This document shows positions 42,101 through 56,801 of a stretch of 64,000 bases of DNA, in pieces (the stretch's first letter is position 1; each line of letters begins with the position of its first letter). The notes beneath the pieces are model-generated. The model was not told the DNA's origin and ran no database searches. It saw only the letters and a list, made by a program, of their open reading frames with translations. The stretch is from Rhizophagus irregularis (lineage: Eukaryota), in NCBI RefSeq assembly GCF_026210795.1, contig NC_089431.1, forward strand, positions 124,001 through 188,000. Reading direction: 5' to 3'. The translations under genes were made by a program, and so were the position numbers.

Positions 42101-42676
42101 TATTTAATTAGCGATAGATTCGATGAACCTTGAATAAATAAAGTTCAAATCGCATCCATTTTATAGTTTTTTTAACAAATGATCTAATATATCCAAATTT
42201 AGATGGATTTTCTTATTTAAAGAGTCAGATGATGAATATAACAATAGTTTTTATTGTAAATATTTTTGATTTGATCATCTGTATCATGTTTCAAGAACAA
42301 AAATAAGGACGATGAATCAAAGTTGAGACTTGAGAATTAATTCGATCCAAAATTAAATTGACAATTTCGTGGCATTTCCGAAAAAAAGTAGTCGTTTCCA
42401 AATATAGGCTTTATTTAGCCTTATTTTGGACGCATCCATCAAATCATTTCCTTCCCAAAAAAAGTATAAATAGTCATTTTAGGAAAACTTTTTTTTTTTT
42501 CTTCCTCAAATACAATATTCCTTTTTATTTAATAGATTTATTTATAGTCTTAGAGTTCGCAATATTTAAAATAATTTATTTATAGAGATTTATTACACGG
42601 TTTTTTCATTTTACGACTATCATTTTTTTTCTCTTTCTTCAACAAATTAGGCATTTTTGTAAATTTTTATTAAAAA

Positions 42677-45213
42677 ATGACGGCACAATATAGACCATTA
42701 ATTATGCTAGCAGCTGGAATTACTTTTGTATATTTGATAATATCTTTACATTCTGCACCTTATCCATATCCTAAGAATATTATGGTATCACGAGAAGATT
42801 TATTCGAAAGTGTTAAACCGAACGGAATATTTATATCAGTGCAAAAAGACTGGGTTTATTTAACGGCAATATGGAAAGAACACGAAGCAAATTATGAAGA
42901 TGCGACAGGTATGGGTTTTTAATAAGAGTTATTTTATTTATTTTAATTATCAAATTTTAATAAATATATTCGTAATTTTTACAGGATTGATCAGACAATA
43001 TAGGAGACCCTTACATTTATTATTACGTGACAATTATGACCCAAGAAATAGTAAGTGGGTTTTAAAATGATTTTTTTTTAGAATTTTGTAATTAATGCTT
43101 TATTTTCTTAAAGGTTGGCAACTTCTTTATAATCATCGACTTGAAGGTCCCATAACACATATATCTAGTTTCTATTACAACGATGGGTCAACACCATCAA
43201 ACACGGAATATAATGAAAATAATGCATTGGCAATTTTGTACCAATCGCATGGAAAAGAGGATATTAAATATATAATACGGCTTTATCATATAGGAAATTA
43301 TGAAGATGAAATTAGCAACAATATATTAGATAATTGCCAAATATCACCACGTACCTGTCATATAAAGCCATCCTTTAAATATCAAGATATAATATTGCCA
43401 GGAACAACCAGTATTAAATCATTTCATGTGGATGGTTCAATTATATTATATTCAAGGTATTTAAATGTTTTGTTTATAAATTTTATATCAAATTGAATCT
43501 AATTTATGAGTAAATTACAGGAGTCCAGATGATGCTAAATTTAGAACAATATTAATACCTGAAAATATTTTTGATATTTCAAAGAGCAAGACTGATGCGT
43601 TAACACTAAAATCTAGTGATCCAGGACCGATACAAAGTTTGTATAATAGATTTATATTCCTTTGTATAATATGTTTGCTTAAATATAATTTCTTTATATT
43701 TTTCAGAAGTTGGACGATTAGATCCCGTTACCAAAAAGACCTCAACTTTTCGACGCGTTTACGCTGTGTGAGTTAATATATATTTTAATTTTATTTATTT
43801 GCTTGTTTAACACATAATTTTTAATACTTATTTTTATATTTAAGGTCAGGAGTGATTCGTGTATTAAATGTTGAAGTTACAGCGACTGATGAGACATGGA
43901 AATTCCAGGTGTCAGTCATTCATAATTCATCGTCATCTGAGGAAACTGATAAGAGATTTCGTTGGCGTTCTAAGAAATTAATTGCGGTAATTAAATTTAA
44001 ATTGGCGGTATGAAATTTTTTTAAAAAAAGTATTTGACGATGATCTCTTTTCTTTTTTATACAGTATGAGCGTCCAACATCACCTAAAAAATTCGAATAT
44101 GAACAATTTGATTTTGTACGTGGAATTACTTTTACTCCGATCACTGTTCCAAAGCCTGTTGTAGGTAAGTAATTAAAAATATTATTTTCTTATTTATAAA
44201 TGAAAAGATTTTATACTAACATATATTTTATCAACTTAAATTTAGTTACAGCAAAAAATGTTACAACAATATGTATTGGATTGAACAATATTTTATTTAC
44301 ATTTGATTATAGTAATACAACAACAACAACAGATTCTAATCAACAAGATACACATTCAACTGAGGCATTTATAGTTAGAAGCGAATTTCTGCCTTCACTT
44401 GAAGAGTCGCCATTTCAAGTTGTAGGGACTGAAATTAATGCTAATGGTAATTTGCTGGCACTAGTAACTCAGGTAAATGACATTTATTTTTTAAAATACT
44501 CTTATATGTCTTATATTAATATATTTTTGTTACATAAAGGAGAATTACGTTTTAATTTATAAGAGAGGGGATGCCAATGTAAATGTCTCACCCCCATCGG
44601 CTCAAACGAAGAAAGGTTGGTTTACAGGGTTAATTGATGCTGATAATAGACAAAATAGACAGACCGAAGATAACTGGGAATTAAGGATGGTTATACCTTC
44701 AACAGATTTGGACATTTTGGGTCAATCGGAGCTGGTAAGCTTAATTTTATTCAAGCAATCTTATGAAGTTCTTTATAATAAATCACTTACCATCAACTAT
44801 TTCTTATAAAGGATGTTATTGCAGTGAAAATATTGAATGTTTCCGGATTTCAAAACAATGGAAATGTACTATGTAAGTATATTTTATTATAATGAGCGTT
44901 AGTTAAATGGGGAAAATTCTCAACAAATTTAGTTCATATTTGTTTGCGTTTATTAATTTTATTTTATTTTATTTAATTATCAAGTAAGTTTATATGAAAA
45001 TGGGGACATTACAACTTTTGATTTGAATAATTCAGAACAGGAAATGAAATTTTGGTTTGTTATCAGAAAACAATGGCATATGTATATAGGTAAGTTGTTA
45101 ATATATAATTTTCATTTTTTTATTAAAATAACGTTTATTTATTTATTTATTCGTTTATAGGAATGATATGTGTTATACTTGGTTTTGTATGGAATGAAGC
45201 AAAAATGGGATAA
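42677..45213 (+). CDS. Uncharacterised multi-exon membrane protein (N-terminal signal anchor, C-terminal TM)
   Basis: ORF pieces linked by GT-AG introns. Hydrophobic N-terminus (LIMLAAGITFVYLIISL), beta-rich middle, last exons ..WHMYIGMICVILGFVWNEAKMG*. Divergent from AMS1. Confidence 0.75.
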
Positions 45214-45776
45214 ATCGTTTATAAATAAATCTTGAAAATTTTAATACCGTAATAAGCAAAATATGTTTCGATTCTAAATATAATTTGTACGTCAGTATAG
45301 AACATTACGAATAAACAATCACGTAATCAAAAAAGTAAATAAGCCACATTTAATTTAGCAGTTAGCACAGCCAATTCAAAAATTTAATAATTACTCTTTC
45401 TATTCTATATTTTAACCTAAGTATAGTTTAAAATTTTGAGTATTTGCTCATTAGAAAGTTGAAATAATTAATTTTTATTTTTTTTTCTTATTATTTGTTC
45501 TTTAATTATTTTATTATTTCGGTAAATTCATGGTTATTCAAATTATTAAAGAACAACGAATAATAAAAGAGGCGCAAGATTCGATTATAAGTGAGAGGCT
45601 TGTTTACGTGCCTCCAAAATATTTTTTTTTTGGTTTTTTTTATCTTTATTAAATTAAACTTGCCACGTCAATTTGTTAAATTACGAATAAACAAAAAGAA
45701 TGTTTTTATATTATTTTGAAAATTTAAAATTCCACTTAATTAAATTTCTTTTTTATTTGACAATGAAATTCGCGCA

Positions 45777-48700
45777 ATGTGCGCAAAGAAAGTTTTACTC
45801 GTAATATTCATTTTAACTTTATTCCCAGTTGTATATTACTGTAAAATATTAAATTTTAGTGAACCAACCAGTCTACGGATTCATAATATAAATTCATATC
45901 AAGATGGGACCATATTGATTCACATGATTAATCCTAATCGAGAAAATTGTTCTACTCCAATTTTATATTTTCGACTTATACATATTAACGAAACATTAAC
46001 ATCAATTAATGTCTCAGCTACACAAATACCTGCATTTAATTTTTGTGAATCGATAATTAAAGGAATTGTTTATTATTACATTAATGTTTATCCTTTATTA
46101 GAAAATTATATTTTTGCAACTTATGTAAATTCAAGTAATCCTATTGATGCAAGTATATACGGACTTTTATTTGATTGGAATAGTAACTTTATTAGGTTTG
46201 TTATAATATCGTGAATATTTATATTGAAAAATTTTGATATTACTAAGATATGATGTGATGTTTTAAACGTTTATAATTAATTAGCAATACGTACTTAAGT
46301 GCCGCTTCTGTGAATAAGAAAGGAATTGTACAACCGCCTGGGAAAATTTATTTTTCAAAGAAATCAAGAAATGTCGGCTTTTTATATGTTGATATCATGA
46401 AAAACACTGGATCCGTTATCTGGAATTACTTTACTAACCCGTATGTTATAAATCTTAATTAAAATTAAATTAAAATTACTAAAATTACTTAATAATTTTC
46501 TAATACATCCTTTTCTTTTTTATACAATAAATAGTCTAACCATGTCTAATATCAATTCGGGAATAATTATGTATAAAGACAGTTTAAATACGTTAACTTC
46601 CGGATTTCTTAATGCAGAAGGAAATTATTGTTTGGTCATAGCAAGATTTTCAAGTAAAAAGCAAGAACCGTTACGCGTAGAAACAATTTTGATTCCTACT
46701 CAAAGTAATCGAACATCATCATCTAATTTGATATATTCAAGAAAATTAAAATCTTTTTCGAATATTATCACTTTAAATTGTAATATTGATTATAAGGGAA
46801 GTGGAAATATTTGTCAATTTTATTTTTCTGGTGGAAGTAATATGGCGAATGCATTTATCTTGAGATTATCTTTTCTCACATCTGGGTATATATATTATTT
46901 TTTTCTTGTATTTGATCCTTTAAAAAATGAAAAAAAAAATATAGTAACTCACGAATCTCTTGAAATTAGAAATTTAACAAACGTTGAAACTAAACCAGCG
47001 AACTATGTTCATAATTCAAATGATATAAAAATATATCCGTTGCTTTTTGGGGGGTGAGATTTTTATTATTAAACGAGTGGCGCAGCGAAGGAAAAAAAAA
47101 TTAAATTTTTTAAATTTATTTTACAAGTTATCTTTTAACAGCCAGAGATCGAAATAGAAAATTAATTTATGGTTATATTCTTAATTCTACAGAAGATTTT
47201 CAAGATTATTGGTATGAAATGATCGAAAATGTAATTTTTTTAGTACGACCCAAATAACTTTTTGATTAAATCTCAAAAAAATAAAGGCCTTTACCGCAGC
47301 CTTTTTTTTTAAATTCCAAAGGACCATCTTATATTCTTCCGGATAAAAAAATTATTGGTGCGGCGCAAATAAACGCGACCAATTGGTTTTTAAATACAAC
47401 AGAACTTCCTAAAATCCCTATAGCAAATGGTATGTTAAATTTTATTTAATGTTGTATCATAACCTTTTTTTATTATTTTTTAACTTTTTATTATTATCTT
47501 TAGATAAAGGATATTATAATCCACAATTAAATCTAACACTACCAGTAATAAACGGAACAATACCAATAAGAACTTCTCAGATTCTTATACAATATAAAGA
47601 TCCAGTTCAACTTTCTTCTGGGAATGTTAGCGTTTTTATTCATTCGAATTCTATATCAACGGACCCAATATATTTACGACAAGTATATTCTGGACAATCA
47701 GGACATTGTATTTTAAGTGAAAATCGTAAGACAATAACGATAAAAATTTTTACAAGCACATTTAATCAACCATTAACAGATTATTTTGTAATAATTGATG
47801 ACAATTTTGTAAAAATAAATGAAAATGGTGAAGCTGTAAAAGGAATTGAAGCAAATGTTTGGGTCTTTAAGACTGGTAAGTTGAATGTTTGTTTAAATAT
47901 TACTTTGAATTATGAAAAGTTGCTTTTATTTAACAATTTTTATTTATTATTAAGAACAAACCGTACCAAATATTTTTGTCGGTAAATGCAATAATAAATA
48001 ATAAAAAATTTTTTTTTTTAAGGGCTCTAAGTTATTTATGACCTCCGGCGCATTGATCTTTTTCTTTTTTTTTAGAATCTTCCGTTGCCTTATTTCGATT
48101 AACAGCCGCTGGATCAATACTTTACGAATCTCTAAACGCAACAGAAAAAATAGAATTTGTTAATGAACTTGGGAATGAATTAGCAACAATTTTACCTGTT
48201 ACTCCATCACGATTAGTTCCTAGGTATCAATATCAACGTGATCCAACTACCGAAGAAATACAAGTCATTTTACCTTTAGAAATAATTTCATCAACAAATA
48301 TTTCGGAAATGAATGTAATTAATATTATTGAAGATTTGAATTCTTTTATAATACATCGTGATATGGGTCCATTGGCATATATGAAATATACTTATCTGAT
48401 GGATAGTAATTATGGACTTGTTAAACCTGGTAAAATAAATCGTATTGTTTTTTTATATTTCATTATATTTTTATTAATAACTTTTTTCCTTCATCGTAGA
48501 AAACTTTTGGGATAAATATTTATTTATCATTATTTTATTCATTGTGGGGATTTTATTATTTACTTTATTGTGTTTTATCGAACAACGTAGGAATCCAAAG
48601 GTATAGATGAAATATTCTGTAGATTAATATAAATCATTAAATTTAAAAGTTTATTTTTTTTTCGTCATAGGCTGAAACGTCATCCGTATTCAAATTTTCT

Positions 48701-49647
48701 ATGGGATTCGTAAGTTATTTATTATTCGTTATTTTTACATTACGATATTCAAAAGCGGTGGCAGGACTTTACGAAACAAGGTTTGTCAAATTTTTTTAGT
48801 ATGAGTGTATATGTTAAAAAAATTACAATTAAAGTTAATTATATTTTCTATTTAGCTTAACAATTGTTATATTATCAACATCGTTAAAAGAAACGGTATC
48901 ATTATTTTTAATAATTAGAGAAATTATTACTTCAGAAAAATTTAGAGGATGGCTTAAAAAACATTTTTCGATCACTATGTTATTCATGTTATTATCAGCA
49001 GTTGATGTTTATTCGTTGATGATATTAACTTCAAAAATTGGAAGTAAACCAAGTTTAAGCGCACCTTTTGCTAAACGTACGCGTACGTGGATATTTTGGG
49101 TTGGTTTATTTGCTCTAATTAAAAAAGAAATTCCTCAATTTATTATTGTTGTACGTATTAAAAAAATATCTCTTTTCTTTTTTTATATTATATTCTTTTA
49201 TTATAATAACATCTTACTATTTAATTATTTTAGTTAATTTATCAACAAAAGACATTAAAACTTGATCTAGTTCCATTTCTTACTCTATTAATAACATCTA
49301 TTGTGCTTGTATTTAATACAGTATGGAGATTAAATCAACTTTTTAATTTCTTTTTTCAATCAACACCACGTACTAGAAGAGCATCAAATATTCATAAAAG
49401 TGGGAATACAGGAAATACTGGATATGAAACTGATAGAGAAGATAATAATGCTGATTTAGGTAATAATGGATTAAGTGTACCCTCTAGTGAAGTGATATTT
49501 GAAAGTGATGAATTTGATGAATTTGATGATGAATCAAGTCCAGCAGAAAAAGGAGAAAAAGAAAAGGACAAGAAAAAAGTTGGATCAAGTACTGAAAGTG
49601 ATGAGGAAAAATCATTTATTGAAGAGGAAATAGAAAAAATTGGTTAA
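45777..49647 (+). CDS. Large secretory-pathway membrane protein: signal peptide, extracellular region with Ig-like segment, several C-terminal TM helices, acidic tail
   Basis: Signal peptide MCAKKVLLVIFILTLFPVVYYC; segment PVQLSSGNVSV..LRQVYSG..STFNQP..YFVIIDDNFVK; TM-rich exons at 48500-49340; GT-AG introns. Confidence 0.8.
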
Positions 49648-50639
49648 AAATACTGTATGTATATATATATGTATATTTTTTTTTGTATTGATATATAATA
49701 TTACTGTATATTGATTTTATTATCAAGAAAAAAAATTAATAAAAGGATTAAATGAATAAATAAGTTATATTAATCATAGTATTCCAGTAAAAGACTTTGT
49801 TTTGATATACTGTATTAAAAGTACTGAGTTGTTTTTTTTAACCGCTTTTACTCATTAGAAGATTAGTTTTATTAGATCAAAAATGTAATAACCCAAGACC
49901 TGATACTAAAAATTTGTAAAATGTAGGAACTAAAGAGATTTTTAAAAAATATATATAATAAAAATTTTATGACATTATAAACCTACAAGTTTATACGTAT
50001 AAAAGGAGTATATAGTAAATTAGTACTGTATGGTAATACAAATTAGTACGGACGTTTAAAAAAAAAAAATTTAAATTTTTCCGTACTCAGACGGACCTTT
50101 AATTGATTTTTTTTCATGTGATCAAATTTTTGAGATGAATATGTTGCACACAATATTTGAATTGTGATTCTGATTAATTTATAAATTTGTAATATAATGA
50201 TTTTAAAGTTCTGTTATCGTAAATATCTCTTTTAATTTTATACTTCTTTGAAGAAGAAAAATAATTGAAAATATGAATATTTATAATATATCCAAGATTA
50301 TCCATTTGAGCTAGTAAATCCTGAATTTGAACAGGTTTTTATATTAAAAAATATGACTTTTCTTGTACAAATTTTTTTGTAATTAATTTGCTAATAATGC
50401 GCCACATAATACCAAAAATTATATTTTGTAAATGCTAAATATGGTGGTCTAATTTATATATAAAATAAAATATGATAAAATTAATTATAAATAAACCAAT
50501 AAAATTTAGTTATTATTTAATGGTCAGTTTTATTATTATGGAGCTGAAATATATTAAAGGAATGAAAATTTATTAGCTTTTCTTCAAAGAATATTTTTAA
50601 TTTTATAATTTAACATTTAATTTTATAATTAGTAAGATA

Positions 50640-50840
50640 TTTTGTTAAAAACAATATTCGAGGCTGCACAAAAATACAAAAATGCAAAGTCGTACGATTG
50701 TACGAAAACTTAAATTAGTACGAAAATTTTAAAACTTTTGTACGTACACGTACTAGTATAAAAAAATTGATTAGCTGTAAATGTACGTACGAAAAAAAAA
50801 ACACACGTACGTACTAATTTGCGTTACGGTTACGGTCCTA
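50640..50840. repeat. GTACG-rich transposon subterminal remnant
   Basis: Cluster of GTACG/CGTAC motifs after GAGGCTGCAC; related motifs at ~50040-50100. No paired termini found. Confidence 0.35.
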
Positions 50841-50974
50841 TTTTACTCAATACCTTATAAAAGGTCAATAAGATCTTTATTGAGATCTAGTTCATAAATT
50901 TTAATACATATTACTATTGAAGAAATTCAAATACCGAAGAACCGGAAGTGGGTATCCATCCTCTAAATAATTAT

Positions 50975-51850
50975 TGATTCTTCAAGTAATTTAGGTATAA
51001 AAAGACATATTAAACATCAAAATCATTTGAGATTACACAGTGAAATTCGATAAACCGGATCTCGATATAAACCGGATTTGGGCCTATAGTTTCGATATAC
51101 CGGAATCAATTTTATAAATGTAGACAATGACGGAAGCCATACAGGTCTGTGGGCTAAGCCCTTACAAAAGGAAAACTACTTTATCCACCATACGCGTATA
51201 AACCCAACCTCCTCAATGAAGTGAATGAACTATAACGGATCAATTTTTTAACCAGCTATAAAACCAATTAAATTGATTTCACGTGATACAGATATTCTTT
51301 TTTTTTGTGACCGGATCATTTTTTTTTTTTTTTTTTGATCTTTTTATAATAATATGTTCGGCAAAATTATTTAGGTATTTATAGTTTGGGTATGCAAAAT
51401 GTGGTTAATTTAAAGAAAAAAATTATTTCTGATAGTAAGAAGAAGCGGAAGCAGGGTTGATTAGAAAACTTCAGTTGTTTTTGAGATTTTTCAAGTTTTT
51501 AATTTTGTTACGTCACATAAAAATTGGATTATCACATGATTTTATATAAAAAAATTTTGATGGATCACGACAAAAAGAAAATCATTGTAGCGCAAGCGTA
51601 AGTAGAGAAGCATCTGATGCAACTTCTACTACAATTAACTACTTTAACCACATATACTGCTAGTACTACAGTATCGACTGCTAATACTATAATAAGTTCC
51701 CATGGCAGCAGCAACAGCCGCTAAAGCTTCTTGGAATAAACCTGATATTTGAGTGTAGATGAAAGAAAAAGATTATCAAGTTCAATGGAAAAATGGTTAC
51801 TAAACGTCCTGTATCACTCTTCTTAGAAGAAAAACCATCAAATTTATGTA
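50975..51850 (+). pseudogene. 3' fragment (E) of the 7TM gene split by an insertion
   Basis: GATTCTTCAAGTAATTTAGG..CATATTAAACATCAAAA (50977-51030) and GTAAGTAGAGAAGCATCTGATGC..CTAAACGTCCTGTATCAC (51598-51850) match the last exon. The intervening DNA starts with a pogo-like CAGTGAAATTCGATAAACCGG end. Confidence 0.7.
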
Positions 51851-52979
51851 AAAAATAAAATATTTCTAGATAATTTATTTAATTTGTATTAATTTATTTA
51901 TATAATAGGGAAGCTGAAACCGTGAGTCCTTTTAGTTTTTAGTTTTAGAAAATTGATTTTTAGTTTGAGAATCCTGATGAGATTCGATCAGACGAATTTG
52001 AGATTAGTTAATTTTTTACTGTAATTATTTCTAATTTTAGAAGATAAGGAATAGTTTAGTAATCTAGTAATATACTGTACATAATCCTTTTAACCAAGAT
52101 AAAAAATTTTTTCTTTTAATTAAAATTTACAAATTATATTAGTTAACCCGTTACTGCGTCACAGCACTTTTAAATTATATGCTTAATTGGAAAATTTATA
52201 TAATTTTTTTTTTAAAAAAAAAACCTTTGGGATTTTAACTGACTAGATTTTTAACTGTCAGAATTTGTGACTCGGGATTTTATTTCAACGGGATTTGTGT
52301 TGTGATCTTGGTGTCGTCCAACTGAACATACATATCTTACATTTCCATGATAACCGTTCAATAAGAGTTTAAAATTAATTAGTTTAAAGAAAGTTGGAAT
52401 TAAAGAATTAATTGTGTAATTAAAAATTTTCATTTGTTCTAGTATTATCATAATATTTAAGTTAGGTATTAGATCTTTTATTGCAAAAACTTTTTGTAAT
52501 CACATTATAATTATATAAATTTTATTTTATAAAATGGCTGTTTTTAAATCCACATTCGAAAAGTGGCGTCACTACTCACTAGCGATGAAAAGTTTTAATT
52601 TACCTGTCGGATTCCTAAAAAAGTTACTTGCAATGAATCACATGATACTCTACAGGTTATATAAGCAAGATCACCATGCTTCTCACATTTTTGATTTCTT
52701 GTAAATTGGCGATAAACCCATTCTTGAAGAATATACTTTATTTTGCATCTTTATTATCATCGTTTACGAAATACCATCTACCGTTCATTCAATAATTTCA
52801 CCACATTTTGCTTTGTATTAAGCATAATAAAGGTAGGTAGATTTTAATTTTTATTTATTTTTTTTTGGATCCTGAATTTTCTTTTTTTTTGAATTCGATT
52901 ATTTAATGTACTAACGCTAATATATAAAAAATAAATTATTCCCCTAAAAAATTCATTATTATTATTTTTTTTAACGGAG

Positions 52980-55562
52980 ATAGTCCGGATATTCTTTAAT
53001 CTGTAAAAACTTTACAATATCAAAAAGAAACACGAATACTATATTAATATCATCATCATTAGTTAATACTTAGAGGATGTGAAGAAGAAAATTTATTAAG
53101 AACATTACATTGGATATTAGTACCATATTGTATAATAATTATGGTGATAGCGATAGGATTTTTATATTATAGAAATTATATAATAAAGCAATTCTTTTGG
53201 TTATCTTCAACAAGAGAAAGAGGCTATTAAGACCTAAACCTCAAGAAGTTATTCATACCACTACATAATATTTAATTTATGTAAGTGAAATTGGAAATGT
53301 GGAAAGTATGGAAAATATGGAAAGTGTGTGTAAAAGTGTGAGATAGTGTGAAAAAGTGTGCATAGTGTCGTAAATTCGTAACTAATCAATCATTTTCTTT
53401 TTTTTTTGTAGTTCACGTAATTCATATATTAATGGTATTATTTGATGCGTATCCAAATTTTACTATGGCAGAAAGTGAGTGAATCAATTCAATAATTTTT
53501 AAATAAAAAAAAACATTAATTAATTAATTAATTAAATTTTTTTTTCTTTTTTTTTTTTGATCGATCAAGTTGTTCAAGAATTAAGTAGAGAACTAGCCAT
53601 TGGATTAGCGTTAATATATCCTATAAGCATAAGTAAGTTACATTAAAAAAATAAGAAAAAAATTTTTAATCTCTCCTAAATCTCTCCTAATCTCTTTATT
53701 AGCTTATACAACTCCAACAAAAGAATCAAGGAATGAACTTACAAATAATAGTAATAATAAAAGTTCACCAAATAGATATGTAGCAGATATATAATAGGCT
53801 TTTATTATTAATATTACCAATATCAACATTATTACCACTCGCATGGATAACAGGACATTATGTAGATATTAATGATTTAGATAAAGCGAATTCAACTCGT
53901 AGAATACATAATTTAGTTTGGGTAATATGGGGTGATGATCTTTTTAATAAGTTTGATTTATAATTGGTATAAATTATTTATTATTATGGAATCATTAAAA
54001 CGTAAAGAAATTGTTAGTGGTACTTCTGATATGCAATGGACTGTTTCTACTTTAAGACGTGCTGCAATTTATGTAAGTGATTTTAAATATTAAAAAAAAA
54101 TTTTTTTTTTTTTTAAATTTTTTTTTCTAACGAAAATTTCAAAAATTTTAAAATTTCATTACTTCTTTCTTTTCTAGTTGTGTTTGGCAATTTCTTCATT
54201 AGTAATTATTATGACAATATTTTTAATAATGTCATTCACTTATGGTTATTTTCACCTATCAAGTACATTATTCAATTATAATATGAATATTACATATGTA
54301 ATCGTATGGAATTTTACAATACCAATATTACAAAATTTGGTTCAATTTTTTTTCATATACAAGTAAGTTTATTTATCGCGCTCATCACAATTAATTCTTA
54401 ACAAAATAATTTATTAAAACTAATTTTTTTAGAGCAATAAAACCGAAAACAAAACACTCAAACACATCAATGACAAGTAGATTTGCATTAGCGAATGCAG
54501 CAAGAAAAGATGATAAAAGAAGGATGGGTGATTTTTCACGTGATGATGAATCTTTAATAGGAGGTGGTGGTGGTGGCACGTTAACAACTACTTCGACCCC
54601 ATTAACGTCACCATTTGTTTCTTCAACTCCACCAGTAACAAATACAAACACAAATATGACCACAACCACAATGACATCAACAAATACAAATAATAATGAT
54701 TATTTTAATTATTCTAATTCAAATGGATTGAATGCAGCTGCAATGAATTCAATGACAAATAATATTTTACAAAATAAGTCTAGTATTGAAATAAATCGTA
54801 ATGAAGCGTATAAAAGGTTAAATTCAAGAAGATCTTTAACAAGATCTAGTTCACAAATTTTATCACCTATTAATTTTGGAGAAAATTCAAATACTGAAGA
54901 GGGTAAATATCCATCCTTTTTAACACCAGAAAATGATTATTATAGTTAAAAGACCTGTATTCATATTTTCGGATGAACAAACTAGTGATGAAATTGATTT
55001 AAATAGTACTGTTTTTAATAATGTTAATAATGGTAAACGAATTAGCGGAGAAAATACGGGAATAAAAAGAATAAGTAAAAGTAGTAGTAGTATAAGAATA
55101 AGTGTAGGAACGAATACTAGTATTAATGGTAATGATTCTTCAAGTAATTTAGGTGTAAGAAGAATTTCAGGTCATATTAAACATCAAAAATCATTTGAAA
55201 GTTCAATGGGTTTAATTGCTGAAGAAAATTCTGATGGATCACATCGAACAATTATGACAAAAAGAAATCATAGTAGTGCGAGTGTAAGTAGAGAAGCATC
55301 TGATGCAACTTCTACTACAATAGTAACTACCTCAACCACATATACTTCTAGTATTACAGTATCAACTACTACTACTGTAATAAGTCCTATAGCAGCAGCA
55401 GCCGCTAAAGCTTCTTGGAATAAACCTGATATCAATGATCATTTGAGTGCTGATGAAAGAAAAGGATTTTCAGATTCAATGGAAAAACGTGAATGGTTAA
55501 CTAAACGTCCCGTATCACCTCTTCTTAGAAGAAAAACTTTATCAAAATTACCTAATTTATAA
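52980..55562 (+). pseudogene. Near-full-length but disrupted copy (F) of the 7TM gene
   Basis: ATG changed to ATA plus a deletion at the start. Frameshifts near 53227, 53789, 53930 and 54945. Otherwise very similar to copy D. Confidence 0.85.
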
Positions 55563-56801
55563 AAAAATAATATATTTCTAGATAAAAAACAATTATTTAT
55601 TTTAATTTATATTAATGTACTTATATATATATATTATATTATTCTTTTTTTTTATTATCTTTTTTTTCTTTATTTTTATGGGTGGGAATTTTGTTCTTTC
55701 TTCACGTTATTTATTTATTTATTTTTTTTTGTATTATATATTTTTGGATTTCTTCGGTTATATACGGTATATGTGTATATATACACATGTATTTTATGTT
55801 TAATATTGAATCTTTTAATTAAAAAGAACTTTTTTGTTAGATATCATGCAATCCACGATATTTGAAAATAGAAAAAAATTGTTAAATTCATATATGTTAT
55901 CAAATATTAATTTTTTAAAAATAAAATCACCTCTTTAATTTATGAATGTAATGTTTTAATATTTTTTATCATATTAATTTACCAAGAATATACTCATTGA
56001 GATTCTATAGAAGCTTGTATTATCAAGTACAGCATATAATATATAAAATAAATCAATTAATTAAGTTATAAAAATTTAACTTAGACGCCATAAATTTTTA
56101 CTATATTTACAAGCACTTATTATGGAATGTTAATTTGGATAATAAATTTAAAATATAGCAAGTCATTGTAATGTAGCAACTCCTGAAAATCATTTGAACT
56201 TTTACGCTTGTTTGAAAAAAAAAAGTAAGTTCAATCAGACCCGAGAATTTCCAAGCATTTTCAAATTGCGAGCATATGTTAATTATGCGTTCATTTGACT
56301 GTTTCAAGTGAAATATCTTTGGCTTTTTGTCTTTGCAATTTAGAATGTAAAGAAATATCAGCAAATATTATGTTTGAATTAATTCTACAATAATTAAATA
56401 CTATTTATAAGGTACATCAAATTTATAAGCTCATCATTTTTCTATCTAGAGAATTGGCAAACCTGGAAATTAAGTGTAACAAAATAATGAGTAACGTATC
56501 AAAATTAGATTTATTAAATATAGCCATTACGAGTTGAATTGATTGAAAAAAAAGTTGAACAATATAAATTTTTTTGTGATCAGTATCTTTATAAATTGCT
56601 ATATTAAGTCTAATACCATTTTTTTTCTCTGCATAAAAAAATTGTAACAGTTTAAGCTTAATGTAACTGTAGTACAAATTGTGCATATTTATACTCGCGT
56701 TCGTTTTAACTTTTTTTTTACTTATTATAATTCTAAAATTTAGTTTGAATAAATTACTTGCATATATAAAATTATAATTCTTATAATTCAAACTAATTAG
56801 T

